The notes beneath the pieces were generated by a model. That model was not told the DNA's origin and ran no database searches. It saw only the letters and a program-made list of their open reading frames with translations. The position numbers and the translations under genes are program-made. Positions 37,801 through 49,100 of a stretch of 64,000 nucleotides of DNA are shown piece by piece (the first letter of the stretch is position 1; each line of letters begins with the position of its first letter). The stretch is from a virus, in the IMG/VR virus record IMGVR_UViG_3300045988_011398; one strand, given 5' to 3'.

Positions 37801-39027
37801 CTTAGAAACATGACAAAGACAGGTAGATTAAATGTGAAGACTATGAATAGTATTTACAATGATTTGCTTGCTTACATAATGTCTAAGACAGATTTCTTTG
37901 GTGCAGAACCTGATTGGAGTTCAGTAGATGAGAATGGTAATCCTACAAAGATGATTACATCTGCTGACAAGAGAAGGGACTTCATCAATAATTTCCCAAC
38001 TTACTTCAAGAAAGTGGTTGCAGAGAATGAGGATATAGCTGACCTTGAGTTTATTAAGAGACTTAGAGTGATAAGGGCAAATGATACAAATCCTGTGGAT
38101 ACTGTAGTATTCAAGAATGTTGGTCAGTTAAGTCCTACTCTAAGAGAAAGATATATGAGAGACTGGGCTTCTCTATTATATATGAGTAACCCAGAAGCTC
38201 AAAAACTTGCTCTTAATCTATTCAGATGCAGCTTCTACAGAAATGGCTTTGCATTTGGTCCTTCCACATTTATTCACTTGGCTCCTGTAGCTGTAAGAAA
38301 TGCAGTTCCAGAGTACATTGAAACACTGAGAAGTCTCCTTACATCTGAGGATGATTACAGTAACTTTGTTGAACAGTATATCTATAATCACCTTGATAAT
38401 AGAAAGCTTGTTCCTGAAGTTCCTGATGATGCCTCAACATCATTCATAGGTGAAGACAATGAAATAAAAGATGAAGTCACATTTGTAATAGATGAAAATG
38501 CCAACTTTGGTGATAAAAAGGTTGTCAAGAAGAGAATAGATACACCTGATGGTCCTGTATATGATTTCTTTGATTTCATTGCAAGAAGAAACAGAGGTAA
38601 CTATGTTTATTACAGATTGACTACAGACAGAGTTGATGAGTCTAATGTGGCAGTCTATAGGAGAATTGAGCCACTTGGATTTAGAAACAGTTTCATTGAA
38701 TATGAATATGGCAAGGAAGCAAGTGAGATGACTTCTGTAATTGAGAAGAATAGTAAGGACTATAATCCTAATCCTAATGTTGATTATGAGGCATTTGCTT
38801 CATTTGAAACTCCTCAAATGACAGAAGAAGACTTGGCTTATTCTGAGATATATAGAGAGGCATTCAGTGAGGATGCTTTAAGACAGGCTTATGGAGACAT
38901 TTATGGTGCTCCCCTTGAAATGCCACAAGGTTCTGAAAATGATGTGACATCTATTCAGCCTAATATGGATTACAAGGATGAGAATGGTGATAATATTTGT
39001 GGTGCAACAACTTTATATAGCTTATAA
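31837..39027 (+). CDS. crAss-like virion-packaged DNA-dependent RNA polymerase (two-DPBB, phi14:2 gp66-like)
   Basis: 2396-aa ORF. SGSDFDVDKMY carries a DxDxD metal-binding motif (nt 36268-36282). Giant size and position next to other giant virion protein genes match Crassvirales. Confidence 0.7.
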   Translation: MNNCLVTTKEIRDLAKKLQGETEESVKGLVALWQKENNKSIEEYPTAKELNDFRFKLRNADVTEMLDEALSSSFDTPKVSSIEEQAKVDLDFDPRTRRDRVTLIARFFSNEVDKALQEMNDSINKRMDTVSDEERLQLQKELSSLDRFTVIKKYTPAGLFSRVLDIFQSYINDTEENRVKVELDKINSAKGADKYSDEQKLAAAKKKAAYKEQAYRKVVDNFKPLAEEASTLLVMTEGIRIDPNYIAPKDANLNDDTPEGDSELDEQADDYNKEETFKDGWMTNFRQVSSHESLSQAVRKVIRQVPKLDYRGKYEKDDLGFTRYLDADYVHATFIDKLRDMITSEDMIPLIQELEKNKPWVKQVTKLLQGNETLFSQFYQDFRKDFMPYWIQKKKMMPDGTFKMQTIAINKPEGVYYLLDAWRDNYENGIQLDDDSVYEKNGDINIENAEKGLKWVETLNNKFSNLDTEARLKLLEEDRIWNTILKLLNMIGIDANPSVLKNALTDIKTSDTIKFTDPIMLLLPQLNVIFSGIKKGDIKSETREDGTEKRGDLINTFGSAYNMIASMMANVTEDAIESSVRENDKSYYSHVTPNYLGKLIKQLKNVRGDKKRFEEFINTEFKQYEWFFKDGRWRSDWLEQLVNSEEMRRGLSHKVVLNSDKVDYTNWDDLDYTLALLTEYWGDPEDSRTSVKWAWYHVPILSDSPSAEFIRFRKYVSGVEYDENGNKLTYDDIILDKLTDLVNQEYDRIMLVRARDEELQNGNPNISPIANYDIVRKKDGSIKSIGGAEFKFLPALNSIRYDNGETFLDRLSRLSREGSGAELKDFIRGALREVMDNGFEEAYRDWVRIGLLDELPNGRYKYLPFAGQAQQNSRTAKSLIKAKEILGTTLWTTDMELLLRDYNNNAPVDDRVAANLFQQIRDMVTQKATRGDITKQEADSINRNLVVKNNAKAALREYYWNSKLATSQIIELTTTDLAFYKNVEDFQKRYKEVHAPALRMNTKATYKGERIGRDWERTIYLMDDEITSSVLSDIETVLDERVKRGEMTKTDRDNIVNKFKAVNVADAQAYRSLSSYRAILGMSGQWTDEMEQAYNNFKNGTWNIADFNIIWQTKKPYVYTQVNNMSGVQGHTGIKTPVQHKNSEFLLLAMHELIAGPLGKSSKLRAINEFMEENNIDVVQFESTTKVGKQGIIDLNQVNDFKQVKEVLKSATTQDGVENPNVVHKVSYEDYGIQTATPEHAIDAVQLVGTQIRKLITADIAPDAIIEVDGKKMTKQEWLDLYNAINTENILQAFRDVDDIFKDPKKVEEILLEEIRGNQRYGIDMMRACTLNENGQFNIPLFDPVQSQRVQTLLNSIIKSRITKQKIRGGALIQVSDYGLTDELHVVFEGEGENKRIKYLECYMPAYSREFYEPLMKEGTHELDINKLPEDLRKLIGYRVPTEDKYSMAPLYIKGFLPQQNGSAIMLPAEITTLSGSDFDVDKMYIMLPEFKVEKFDFRRAKQDFKGEQRILDELASLFREGSLMDDFANAPVEFKEWFRENKEKYRLATPKIRKVKYDFNKAPQENSLEARNNLMIDMMWGVLTNADTASKILNPGGFDYQKKAARIVSILSSSYESDLRRDLNIPNGPVITKLVSMDLEELDKLAERTKRKLDPISPRTQVQLHQQNMTGAKLIGIYANHNANHALMQHTELGLDVENGSFVLNGKRLTSLHDIMNRDKEFISKNNAGFLAASVDNVKDPVLAGINQNTFTADASMLLSRLGYNPVEIGLLMAQPIIMDITQAYFRESREGKGKDTVIDEILVEYKKKAAMMEEVTYDNYKNNDFLIEDLANNILIAKEMAGIISAHQTSDYSKVEFYKKQVAVGFLFKRIMRTADSLGQLVQATRSDTQGGAAGPTIADTKLKIQKVQDFLKDMEENDKFPLVGADVISDSISLNDDIDNIREQLLASKLPFLQAFYTLGLKQSERMLSKYFPQFTESFDEVVDVLRNMTKTGRLNVKTMNSIYNDLLAYIMSKTDFFGAEPDWSSVDENGNPTKMITSADKRRDFINNFPTYFKKVVAENEDIADLEFIKRLRVIRANDTNPVDTVVFKNVGQLSPTLRERYMRDWASLLYMSNPEAQKLALNLFRCSFYRNGFAFGPSTFIHLAPVAVRNAVPEYIETLRSLLTSEDDYSNFVEQYIYNHLDNRKLVPEVPDDASTSFIGEDNEIKDEVTFVIDENANFGDKKVVKKRIDTPDGPVYDFFDFIARRNRGNYVYYRLTTDRVDESNVAVYRRIEPLGFRNSFIEYEYGKEASEMTSVIEKNSKDYNPNPNVDYEAFASFETPQMTEEDLAYSEIYREAFSEDALRQAYGDIYGAPLEMPQGSENDVTSIQPNMDYKDENGDNICGATTLYSL

Positions 39028-39030
39028 GAT

Positions 39031-42000
39031 ATGGCAAGAAATTGTGCAATTATCCCTCAAGTAAGAAACAATAAAGGTCAGGTAGTAGACAGCAAGCTCT
39101 TTAAGGGCTTGCTTGCCTACACTGGCAATAATAGGTCAGAAGCTACCAGACTTTATTTGATTACTAAGAGTAGTGAGTTTATTAAGAATTGGAATCCAAG
39201 GCTAACTCTTGATGAAAACAATGAACCTACATTGAGAAGTCTTCTACAAAAGACCAATCTTAGTGATGTTATTCCTGAGTCAAAAGTACTTGAAAGACTC
39301 AATAGGGAAATAGGGTACTATAAGAGGGGAATGGATAGACCTGCTCTTTGGGTAAATAATGATGAGAACTATCAGAAGTTACTACAGAAGGCAATCTCAT
39401 TCAATCAAACCTCAGATTTCAGGGATGACTATGTAGCTAAGATTATTAAGATTCAGGACACTGAATCTCCAAGAATCTTCATAGGAGTAAAGGTTGAGAA
39501 GAGAAACAGGCTTAACTCAATTGATGCTGACAAAATGGCATATAATGCCAATCTTAATAGTAGATTAAGAGACATTTTGGCAGCTAATGGCATTGCAATA
39601 GGTGCTCTTACAGACCTTGAGAAGAGAATGGGAATCAATGGTGTAACTGACTTTGATGTGGCAAGAACTGCTGCTAATGGAATGATTGAGATGATTAGAT
39701 TGGCTAATGGTATTGAAGGAGAAAAAGCTCTTCCTGAAGAGTTTGCCCACTTTGCTATTGAGGCAATGGGAGAGTCCCCCCTTATCAATAGATTGATTAA
39801 TAATCTCAGTTCAAGTGGTCTTATAGGTGAAATACTTGGTGATGAGTATGAGACCTACAATACTCTCTACAAAGGTGATACTGCAAAGTTAGCTAAAGAA
39901 GCAGCAGGTAAATTACTTGCAAAGCACTTATTGAAGTCAGAGCCTATAGGACAGAAACCCTACAAGAATTTATTAGAGAGAGTAATCTCAGCTATTAAAT
40001 CCTTCTTCAAGACAATGAATGCCAACCAGATACAAAAGGCTATGTATGAAGTAGACAAAGACTTTGGCAGGCTGGCAAGAGATATTCTCAATGGTAGAAT
40101 GGATGAAGAGATAAATGTGGGGAACATTAATTCCTCTGGCTTATTCTATCAGACCAATGAAAGAGTTCAAAGGGATAGAAGGCTATTGCAGGACATCATG
40201 AATAATGAGTTGAAGAGGCTCAAGATTTATGAGAAGAGAAATCCTAATAGCCAATTCAGTGCCAACCAAAGACTTCTTATTGACAGGCTTGAGCTTGAAT
40301 TAGCTGACAATAATGAAGTTGAGGGAATCTATGCTTTCCTTGATAATGCTCTTGAAGAATTACAGAAGGTAAGCAGTAGGCTTGAGGTGCTAAGAAACAC
40401 TCCAGCCACTAATGCAAATGAAAGGGCTTCTGTATTGAGAGATGTGAGAAATTACATGTACTCATATAAGAATATCATTGAGGATATAAGAAAGGCATTG
40501 GTAGATGAGGAAAGATACACTGATAATAGATATGGTCAGAGAGTCAGAGTAGCATTGGATAATGCTTCTATTTTGATTGGAGACCTATTTGTTAAGTACA
40601 ATGATGTTTCTATGCCTCTATTTGTGGACTTCATTAAGCCATTTGTAGGAGAAAATATCATGATACCTTTTGGTAAGTTCAAGGGTAAAGTGATTAAGGC
40701 TGAGGATTTAGTGAAGATGGCTGATGAGGATATTTCCTTCTTTGACAGATGGCTTGATAGTATGGCAGATTCTTCTGACTATATGTTGAAAGTAATGGAC
40801 CAAGCTGTCAAGAAGAGTAAGGAACAGGCAAGATTGAGGACTATTGATGTAATGAAACAATTACAGGCTGCCACTATTAAACTTGAAAAGGCTGGTATTA
40901 AGAATACTGACTGGATGTTTGAGAGGGACAGCAAGGGTAATTTAAGTGGTAATTACATCTCTGAAATCAATCAAGCCTTGTTCAAGGAGAAAGTAAGGGA
41001 AATGTTCAAATCTCTTAATGAGAAGTATGGAAAGAACCCTGTTGGTGAAAATGCTGAGAAGTATAAGAAAGAAAGACAGGCTTGGTTTGATGCCAATATG
41101 GAAATAGTCAATGGTAAGAAAGTACCTAAGATGTCAATCTATGGTAATAAGCAATACCAAAGACTGAATGCAGCTCAGAAAGAGTATTATGATACAGTGA
41201 TGAACATTAAGTCCCAGTTGGATTCTTATTTGCCTGAGAAGTACACTACACTTACTAATGCTGTCAAGATAAGAAAGGACTTGCTTGAGAGGGTCAAGTC
41301 ATCTGATGGTGTGAGGTCAGGGGCAAAGCAGATATGGGAAAGTATCAAGGATGAGTTTATTAGAAGGACTGATGATGTGGACTTTGGAGACAGAGCCACA
41401 GTGAAGGACTTTGAAGGCAATGAGGTACAGACTCTTCCTATATACTTTACTAAACTGAAAGAGGGAGAAAGTGCAAATGACCTGTCTACTGACATTGTAA
41501 GTACTCTCACAGCCTATGCTGCAATGGCTAATGACTTTGATGAAATGAACAAGGTTATTGATGTGCTTGAGTTAGGCAGAGACTTACTAAGAGAAAGGCA
41601 AGTAATTCAAACTCAAGGAGGTAAGCCACTTGTAGAGAAGTTTAAGGCAGTAGGTAGAAAGGTTGAGAGTAAATTAACAAAAGAAGGAGAAGCTACAAGA
41701 TTTGTCCAAAGACTGAATGACTTCTTTGAAATGCAAGTATATGGAAGATACATGGCAGATGAAGGTACATTTGGTAAGACAAATATTGATAAGGGTAAAG
41801 TCGCTAACTTTGTAAATAGAGTTACTTCTATGAACAACTTAGCACTCAATGTTCTTTCAGGTATTTCCAATATAGCTACTGGTAAAGTGATGATGAGAAT
41901 TGAGTCATTTGCTGGTGAGTTCTTCAATGAGAAGAATACAATTACTGCTGATAGGATATATGGTCAATCTCTTCCTGCATATCTTGCTGAAATAGGTAAT

Positions 42001-43068
42001 AGAGTAAAGACAAGTAAACTTGCTCTATGGGATGAATTGTTCAATGTGATGCAAGAGTATGAGCAGGATGTCAGAGAAGTGAACTTTGATAGGAAGACTT
42101 GGTTCAGTAGAATGTTTGGCGCATCTACATTATTCTTTATGAACAATGCGGGTGAACATTGGATGCAGAACAGAACCTCTTTAGCCTTAGCTGATGCCTA
42201 TAAGATGAAAGCACCTAATGGTAAGATTGTCAGTCTATGGGATGCTATGGAAGTAGTTCCTATTGATAAGAATAATAAGAAAGCTGGTGCTAAACTTCAA
42301 TTGAAGCAAGGTTATACAAAGGCTGATGGCTCTGCATTTACACAGGATGACATTATCAAGTTCAGTAGAAGAAGTGCAGCAATCAATCAGAGAATGCACG
42401 GTATTTACAATAAGGCTGATAGGTCAGCAGTACAAAGATTGGCTATTGGTAGAATGGGTATGATGTTCAGAAAATGGATTAAACCATCTCTGAATAGAAG
42501 ATTCAAGTCAGCTACTTATAACTATGATTTGGATGCTTGGACTGAAGGTTATTATAGAACAAGTGGTAGATTCCTGTTACAACTTGCAAGAGATTTGAGA
42601 GAAACTCAATTTAATCTTGCTGCAAGGTGGAAAGAGCTTACCCCTACTGAGAAGGCTAACATAAGAAGAGCATTGACTGAGACAGGTCACTTCTTGGCAG
42701 TAATGGCTATTATTGGTCTCATTGAGTGGTCTGATGATAAGGATAGACCTTGGTTAGTGAGGATGGCTGAATATCAAGCAAGAAGATTGTACACTGAATT
42801 AGGTGCTATGATACCCGGCAAACCTATGATTTCAGAAGGTTTGAAGATTATCAAATCACCTGCTGCTGGTGTGAATACAATTGAGAATATGCTTGATTTA
42901 ACTAAACTGCTTAATCCTTGGAACTACATGGATGAATTACAGTCTGGTAGATATGAAGGACACAGTACTGCATACAAGTCATTCTTTGAATCTCCTATAA
43001 TTCCTATGAACAGGACTATTTATAGAGGATTGCATCCTGAGACTGGTATTCCATTCTTCAAGCAATAA
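39031..43068 (+). CDS. Large virion/ejected protein of the RNAP gene block
   Basis: 1345-aa ORF directly following the RNAP gene. Coiled-coil rich, with a hydrophobic helix near the C-terminus. No catalytic motif recognised. Confidence 0.45.
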   Translation: MARNCAIIPQVRNNKGQVVDSKLFKGLLAYTGNNRSEATRLYLITKSSEFIKNWNPRLTLDENNEPTLRSLLQKTNLSDVIPESKVLERLNREIGYYKRGMDRPALWVNNDENYQKLLQKAISFNQTSDFRDDYVAKIIKIQDTESPRIFIGVKVEKRNRLNSIDADKMAYNANLNSRLRDILAANGIAIGALTDLEKRMGINGVTDFDVARTAANGMIEMIRLANGIEGEKALPEEFAHFAIEAMGESPLINRLINNLSSSGLIGEILGDEYETYNTLYKGDTAKLAKEAAGKLLAKHLLKSEPIGQKPYKNLLERVISAIKSFFKTMNANQIQKAMYEVDKDFGRLARDILNGRMDEEINVGNINSSGLFYQTNERVQRDRRLLQDIMNNELKRLKIYEKRNPNSQFSANQRLLIDRLELELADNNEVEGIYAFLDNALEELQKVSSRLEVLRNTPATNANERASVLRDVRNYMYSYKNIIEDIRKALVDEERYTDNRYGQRVRVALDNASILIGDLFVKYNDVSMPLFVDFIKPFVGENIMIPFGKFKGKVIKAEDLVKMADEDISFFDRWLDSMADSSDYMLKVMDQAVKKSKEQARLRTIDVMKQLQAATIKLEKAGIKNTDWMFERDSKGNLSGNYISEINQALFKEKVREMFKSLNEKYGKNPVGENAEKYKKERQAWFDANMEIVNGKKVPKMSIYGNKQYQRLNAAQKEYYDTVMNIKSQLDSYLPEKYTTLTNAVKIRKDLLERVKSSDGVRSGAKQIWESIKDEFIRRTDDVDFGDRATVKDFEGNEVQTLPIYFTKLKEGESANDLSTDIVSTLTAYAAMANDFDEMNKVIDVLELGRDLLRERQVIQTQGGKPLVEKFKAVGRKVESKLTKEGEATRFVQRLNDFFEMQVYGRYMADEGTFGKTNIDKGKVANFVNRVTSMNNLALNVLSGISNIATGKVMMRIESFAGEFFNEKNTITADRIYGQSLPAYLAEIGNRVKTSKLALWDELFNVMQEYEQDVREVNFDRKTWFSRMFGASTLFFMNNAGEHWMQNRTSLALADAYKMKAPNGKIVSLWDAMEVVPIDKNNKKAGAKLQLKQGYTKADGSAFTQDDIIKFSRRSAAINQRMHGIYNKADRSAVQRLAIGRMGMMFRKWIKPSLNRRFKSATYNYDLDAWTEGYYRTSGRFLLQLARDLRETQFNLAARWKELTPTEKANIRRALTETGHFLAVMAIIGLIEWSDDKDRPWLVRMAEYQARRLYTELGAMIPGKPMISEGLKIIKSPAAGVNTIENMLDLTKLLNPWNYMDELQSGRYEGHSTAYKSFFESPIIPMNRTIYRGLHPETGIPFFKQ

Positions 43069-43076
43069 GATAAGGA

Positions 43077-43120
43077 TAAAAAGAAAGGGAAGTAGATTAA
43101 GTTCTACTTCCCTTTTTCTT
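43077..43120. terminator. Bidirectional rho-independent terminator between convergent blocks
   Basis: Stem gggaagtaga (43087-43096) pairs with tctacttccc (43103-43112). An A-run lies on the left and a T-run on the right. Confidence 0.8.
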
Positions 43121-43150
43121 TCTCCTTTATAAAAAATTTCACCCTACTGA

Positions 43151-46100
43151 TTAAAGAGCTATACATTTAACTGCTTGGTCTCTCTCTTGTTGTGAGACTG
43201 CATCAAACTTCTCTTGTGTCCATCCCTTATTCAATAGGGATTCTTGTATCTCAGCATCTAATGACTCAAATGATGTAGTATCTTGCTTTTTTGATTCTCT
43301 CATTTGACTTAGTGAAGGTACTTTATAATTACTTGATGAGTACTTTCCTTCATTGATATTTCTGTAATAATCAATCAAGTGGGGTCTCATGTTATTCCAA
43401 TTAGTAACCTTAGCAAATAAGTCTTTGAAGAAATCAAGAATCTTTCTACCAATACCTCTATTCCCTCTGGTCATTACATACTCTCTGAATCCTTCTGCCA
43501 TATCCTCTTCAAGAGAGGCATCATCTTTATTACCATACATTTCCTTAGCCTCAGCCAATAATGCTTGTCTCTCATTATTGTCAAGAAGAAGTTGAAATAC
43601 TGCATGGAAGGCTTCATGGTAAGTAGTACCCTCAGCAGCTATATCAGATAAAGTAATTATGCCATTATTGAATTGTCCCCAAGCCAATGCTCCTTGATTT
43701 CCAACTCTAATAAGACCCTTTATTACTCTTACCCTATCATTATCAGATAATTGAGGAAGGACTTTCTTTATCCAAGCAAGTTCCTTTTCTTGATTCCAAG
43801 TACCTCTTGTCTCATCATCTACCCTTCTCAAACTACCCAAATCCAAGTCATCCTCAAATTCATCATCATTCTCATTTACTGCTTGTTCTGCTTGTGCAGC
43901 CTTAGCTGCCCCAGACTCAGTAGGAGTAGATAATATAGTGGCAGGAGTCTCAGTTTTAGGTGCTTCTACTACAGGAGCAGATGAAGGGTCAAATATGAGA
44001 GTCTTCTCATTTGACATATCTACCACTCTTTGAGGATTACCATTAAGCATCTTCTTGATAGTATCCTTAGCCTGCTGCTCAGTCATGGTCATTGGGTCAT
44101 TCTTGATAAGAGTAATTGAATTACCATTAGGGAATACTGCCATGTATGAATTACTTGCAACATGGGCTTCTTCACCTTGTCTACCAAATCCCTTAGTTAT
44201 AGTAGGTATCTTAGCCATATACACCTCAACACCATTCACTTTACCAATAGGAGTTAGATAACTCTTGTGTAATTTACCATCTCTTACAAAATAACCTACC
44301 TTACTATCTTCAAGACTATATTCAGGAAGCACATCATTAACAGGGTCTTGTGTTTCAAGAGCACTATTAAAGACTGGTACTGTTGAGTTAGTAGGAGTAG
44401 GTTCACTTGCCTTTACAGCACCTACTAATGGTACATTAACAGCAGGATTATAGGTTATCATTATACCCTTCTCCTTTGTTACTCCATCAACAACATCCTT
44501 ATTATAGTTAAGAACAAATGGTAGAACAGCAAGTGTAGTGATAGGAGTATGATATTGAGACTCAAACAGATTCTTATATGCAGACAATTGTAGAGTATAG
44601 TAATCCTTAGCACTCATTCTTTGAGTAGCTGAAGGGCTGGTGAAGTAATTCACTCTATGACCATATCTGTCTGTGAAATCATAGAAGCTATATCTGCTTG
44701 TCTTTACATCATATATCCTGAAGTTTCCATCTGCATCTACTGAAAGAATATCAACCTCACCTGCAACTCTTGTCCCATCAGCATACTTCTGGAATAGTAC
44801 AATGTTATTGGTTAGGAATCTTTCACCTCTTGCCTCAATGTTAGACCTGATTTCTGTAAGTGAGGCAATCAAATCTGTGAAAGCTTTCTCACTCATATTA
44901 TCAGGCTTTACAGGAGTATCATTTGATGTAAAGAAGTTTCTAATCACACTATCCACAGCAGTACCAGCATTTAAGGCTCTTTGTGAGTTAGTGCCAGACA
45001 TACTGTCTCTTATGATGTTTACAATAGTATCTCTACTTCTTGCATCAATCTTACCACTGAATGCACTTAAATCAACCTTCCAATGATTACCTAAGTACTT
45101 CAAGTAGTTATTGTACTGAGTAACATTATCTGCCAATTGAGACAATCTTACTCTTATATCTTTAAGAGCATCAGTTTGCTTCTTTGATTCAATCCAATTA
45201 CTTCCTAATCTGCTGTGTACTCTTTCATACTTATGGTACTGACCATCTTCCTCAAGTATATAATAGAACTCACCATCAGTTCTTGTCTTATCTACTTTCT
45301 TCTGATTCTCAGCTATCTGAGCTATGACTTTCTTACTGTCTCCTACAGTTCTTTCTCTACCAGCAATCTTATCCTTAACCTCTTGAGCTTCTTTACCTGT
45401 CAAGTATTTCTGAGTTCCTCTATCCAATACCTGACCACTTGGTAACAGGATTTTATTATTCCATATCAAAGAACCATTAGTAGCATCACCAAAGTTAGCA
45501 CTTGCCCAAGCTAAATCACTGATTAACTGAGCATTCTTAGGATATACCCTTTGATTGTTACTACCATATATAACACCAGTAGTCAAATCTACTCCATAAG
45601 TAGCACCATCAACAACTACCTTAGTACCTGTAATAACACCCTCAGTCCCACCTACAGGAGTTTCTATCTTCCTTGTAGTATCTGGAGTTACAGATGCAGG
45701 GTTTATAGCCTGATGTAAATTACCTTCCACATCAAAGTAGTCAGTAGTAAACCAGCTACTTATCACTCTTGCATCAGAGATATTTGATGTAAGTACATTA
45801 GAATTGATAAGTACATTGTTATATCCACCTCTATTCAACATACCAAGATTCACCTGAATAGGTAGATTGAAGTCAAGAAGGATTTCACTTATCTCCTTTG
45901 ATACATCCTCAATACTCTTTGAGGCAGGCTCTGTTTGTACCTCTTCATTTCCTGTAATAGAGAATAGAGTGTTTTGGTCCCACTTCTCAGTTAAGAATAC
46001 TGTCTTTACAGTCTCCTTTCTTATTCTCTTGCCATCTTTCTCCTCATATATCTCATTACCTTGAGCATCTCTTTGCACCTTAGTAAATCTAATACCATTA

Positions 46101-49100
46101 CCTGAGTCAGATGTAAACCAGTCAATGTGCAAATCTCCAGTATAAAGATTGGTTGCAAGAGACTTGACTGCATTATTCAAATCATCCTCACTCAATGAAT
46201 TAGCAAGTGCATCAATGGACTCTTGTATATTCTTATATACCTGAGTACTTTGTACTTCAACATCCTCAGGATTAAACTCAGTTTTGTTGAAGTGCTTTAC
46301 TCTTACAGCAGCAGGTGAATACTTACCAGCAGCATTAGGTATAAGAAGATACATTCTACCCTCCTTTTGAGCCATATCTACTGGCTTGATAATAAGACTA
46401 TCATCCAATCTACCATTAGTAGCCAATGTACCATTCTTGATTATACCAAAGATAGGTGCTCTGCCCTCTCCTGATACATTAGGTATATTAGCCAAGCTTC
46501 TTTCCTCTGTGCTATAAGGTATTCTACCTACCATTACTTGTGACACTCTTGTAGTAGGAGTAGCAATAAATCTCTTACTCTTATCACTTCTCTGTGCAAA
46601 CTCAGCTTTTATCTTCTCTTCAAGACCAGCCAGACCCTCATATCTATCTACTGAATAGTCAGATTCATCAAGGCTACCTACAATCTGGTTATTTCTTCTA
46701 TCTACAATAAAGATTGTATGGTCATTGAACTCAGGGTCAATCATAAATCCAAGCTCATCACCTGCCTTCAGATTACCTTCATTCACATAAGTAAATGCAC
46801 CATTATCTCTTAGATAGTTATATAACTCATCAAAGTTTACACCTTTCTCTCTTTCAGCAGCTACTACATTGAATGGTCTAAAATCTCCTTCCTTACTTGC
46901 CTGAATATGCAACTCAGGTATTGAAGGTCTGTAGTAGGGTCTTCTACTCTTTTGCTTGCTGTCAAGTGATTGTGGGGTTTCAACTCTATTATTAGTTTCC
47001 TTATTCTCATCCTTTACTTGAGTTGCAGTTACATTACCTACAGGAGGTTCATAAGTAACCACAGGAAGACCCTCAGTGCTAACTGGAGGAATAGTAGAAG
47101 TACCACTATCACCTGTAGTATCTTTTGTAGGAGCCTTGGGATTTGGCTTGCCCTTTTCTCTTAGTGTCCTATAATCTTGTGAGAATCTATCCTTAAATCT
47201 ATTCTCATTGTTGATTTGATTCATTGCTCTAAGAAGTGCATACTGAGCTTCTTGGAATTTAACAGCATTCTCCTCTGGTGTTAAATTATCATCATACAGA
47301 GCATCTGCATTATCAACATATATAGAGTTAGGATTTGCTATCTCATTTAGATTAGAGGAGTTCTCAAATTGGTCTTGAAGTAGTTTAAGAGCATCTGCCT
47401 TGACAGCAGGACTTTCATCAAGAGAATTAATTGCTCTTTGCACATCTGTGTTGTAGGCATTTACTTCCCTATAATTCTTAGCCATCTCATTACCTTCATC
47501 TTCAAGAGATTTAAGTGTCTCTTCTCTTGTAGCAGCATCCTCTTCCTCATTAAGAGCCTGTCTGAACTCAGATAAGTTAGTGGCTGAGAGTAGTCTGCTC
47601 TTCAGATTATCAGACTTTTTCTTAGCTTCTTCCTTAGCAATGTTCTCAGTAGATGAGACTATATCTTCTTGGAGCTTAGCAGGATTCTCAAGATATTCCT
47701 TTAGCTTAGTATTATATTTACCAGTAGCATCTACTAATTTCACAATATCATCAATCTTCTCATTGAATGCTTGTGCATCATCAGCAGTTACTCCACTAAG
47801 AGGACTCTCTATTACTGACTTGATTCCCTCTACTAACTTGGGGTCACTTGACAAGAGATAAGCAAAAGTCTTATCATCAAGACCTCTTACAGTCTCAAGA
47901 ATAGACATATTCTTCCTTATCTGTCTCTCATTCTTATCAGCAGAATTATACAAATCAGACAATCCTGCATGAGCCTTACCTTCCTCAGTCTTGATTGAAT
48001 TGTACATATCAGCAAGCTGAGACATACTTCCAAGCACTGTACCAATAGTAGGCTTTACTTCACTTGAAAGTTGATTAGCCCTATCTTGCCAATTACCAAT
48101 TTGAGACTTCAACCAAGTCAATTCCTCAAGTTGCTCATCACTTAATTGCTGACCAGTTCTTACATCAATATCATCCTTAATCTTAGTATAGTTAGTGATA
48201 GTATTAAGCATTTCATCTCTTGTCTGAGTCAGCTTATCTATCATTTCCTGCTTTCCCTCAGGAGTACTGTACATAGGATTACCATTCTTATCAATGAATG
48301 GACCAACCTTAGCTTCCTTACCATTTTCATCAGTTATAGTAGAAGTAGTATTTTCTACTATTGATGCAAGGTTCTCATCAGAAGTGTCATAGGCAGAATT
48401 AATGAGAGTAGTTAAATCTTCAAGTTTACCTGCATTATCAAACATTGCAATGTCAGAAATCAACTGAGCATGTTCAGCATTCTTGAACTCAAACTCATCA
48501 TTGTTTTCTACAGCTTGGTTCATATCATTCTGATACTTATTATGTCTGATAAGACCTTGATAGTAATTTATGAACTCAGGAGATTGAACCCTCTCATTCA
48601 TATAATTAGCTATCTCATTCTCTCTATTCATCTTGTCTCTATACTCTCTGAACTCACCAATAGTTCCACCTTCAAGAGTAACAGGAGATTGTAATCTACC
48701 TTCACTACTTCTTATCCCTCTGAACCTTGGCATACCAAGAGCACCAGTAAGAGTACCAATAAAGAACTCCTCCCATGATGAACCATCATTCACTGTCTCA
48801 TTAATACCTTGAGCAAAGGATTTCATCCAACTCAGTGTCTCCTGCTCAGCCTGTGAGTCTATCTTGGCTTTGTAGAAGTTATTTACATCATCCTCATAGT
48901 AATTACCAAATATTCTACTTGCTGCACCTTGTGAAATTTCCTCAAGACCCTCAGAAAGAGGACTCAAAGTAGCTCTTGCAATTCCCTTACCTGTAGTTCT
49001 TCCTGTAGTATATTCTCCTGCCTTACCAACTATGTTGGTTGCTTTTCTTGCAGTCTTGAAGCCATTGGCATACATTCTACCAAACTGAATAAGGTTAGAT

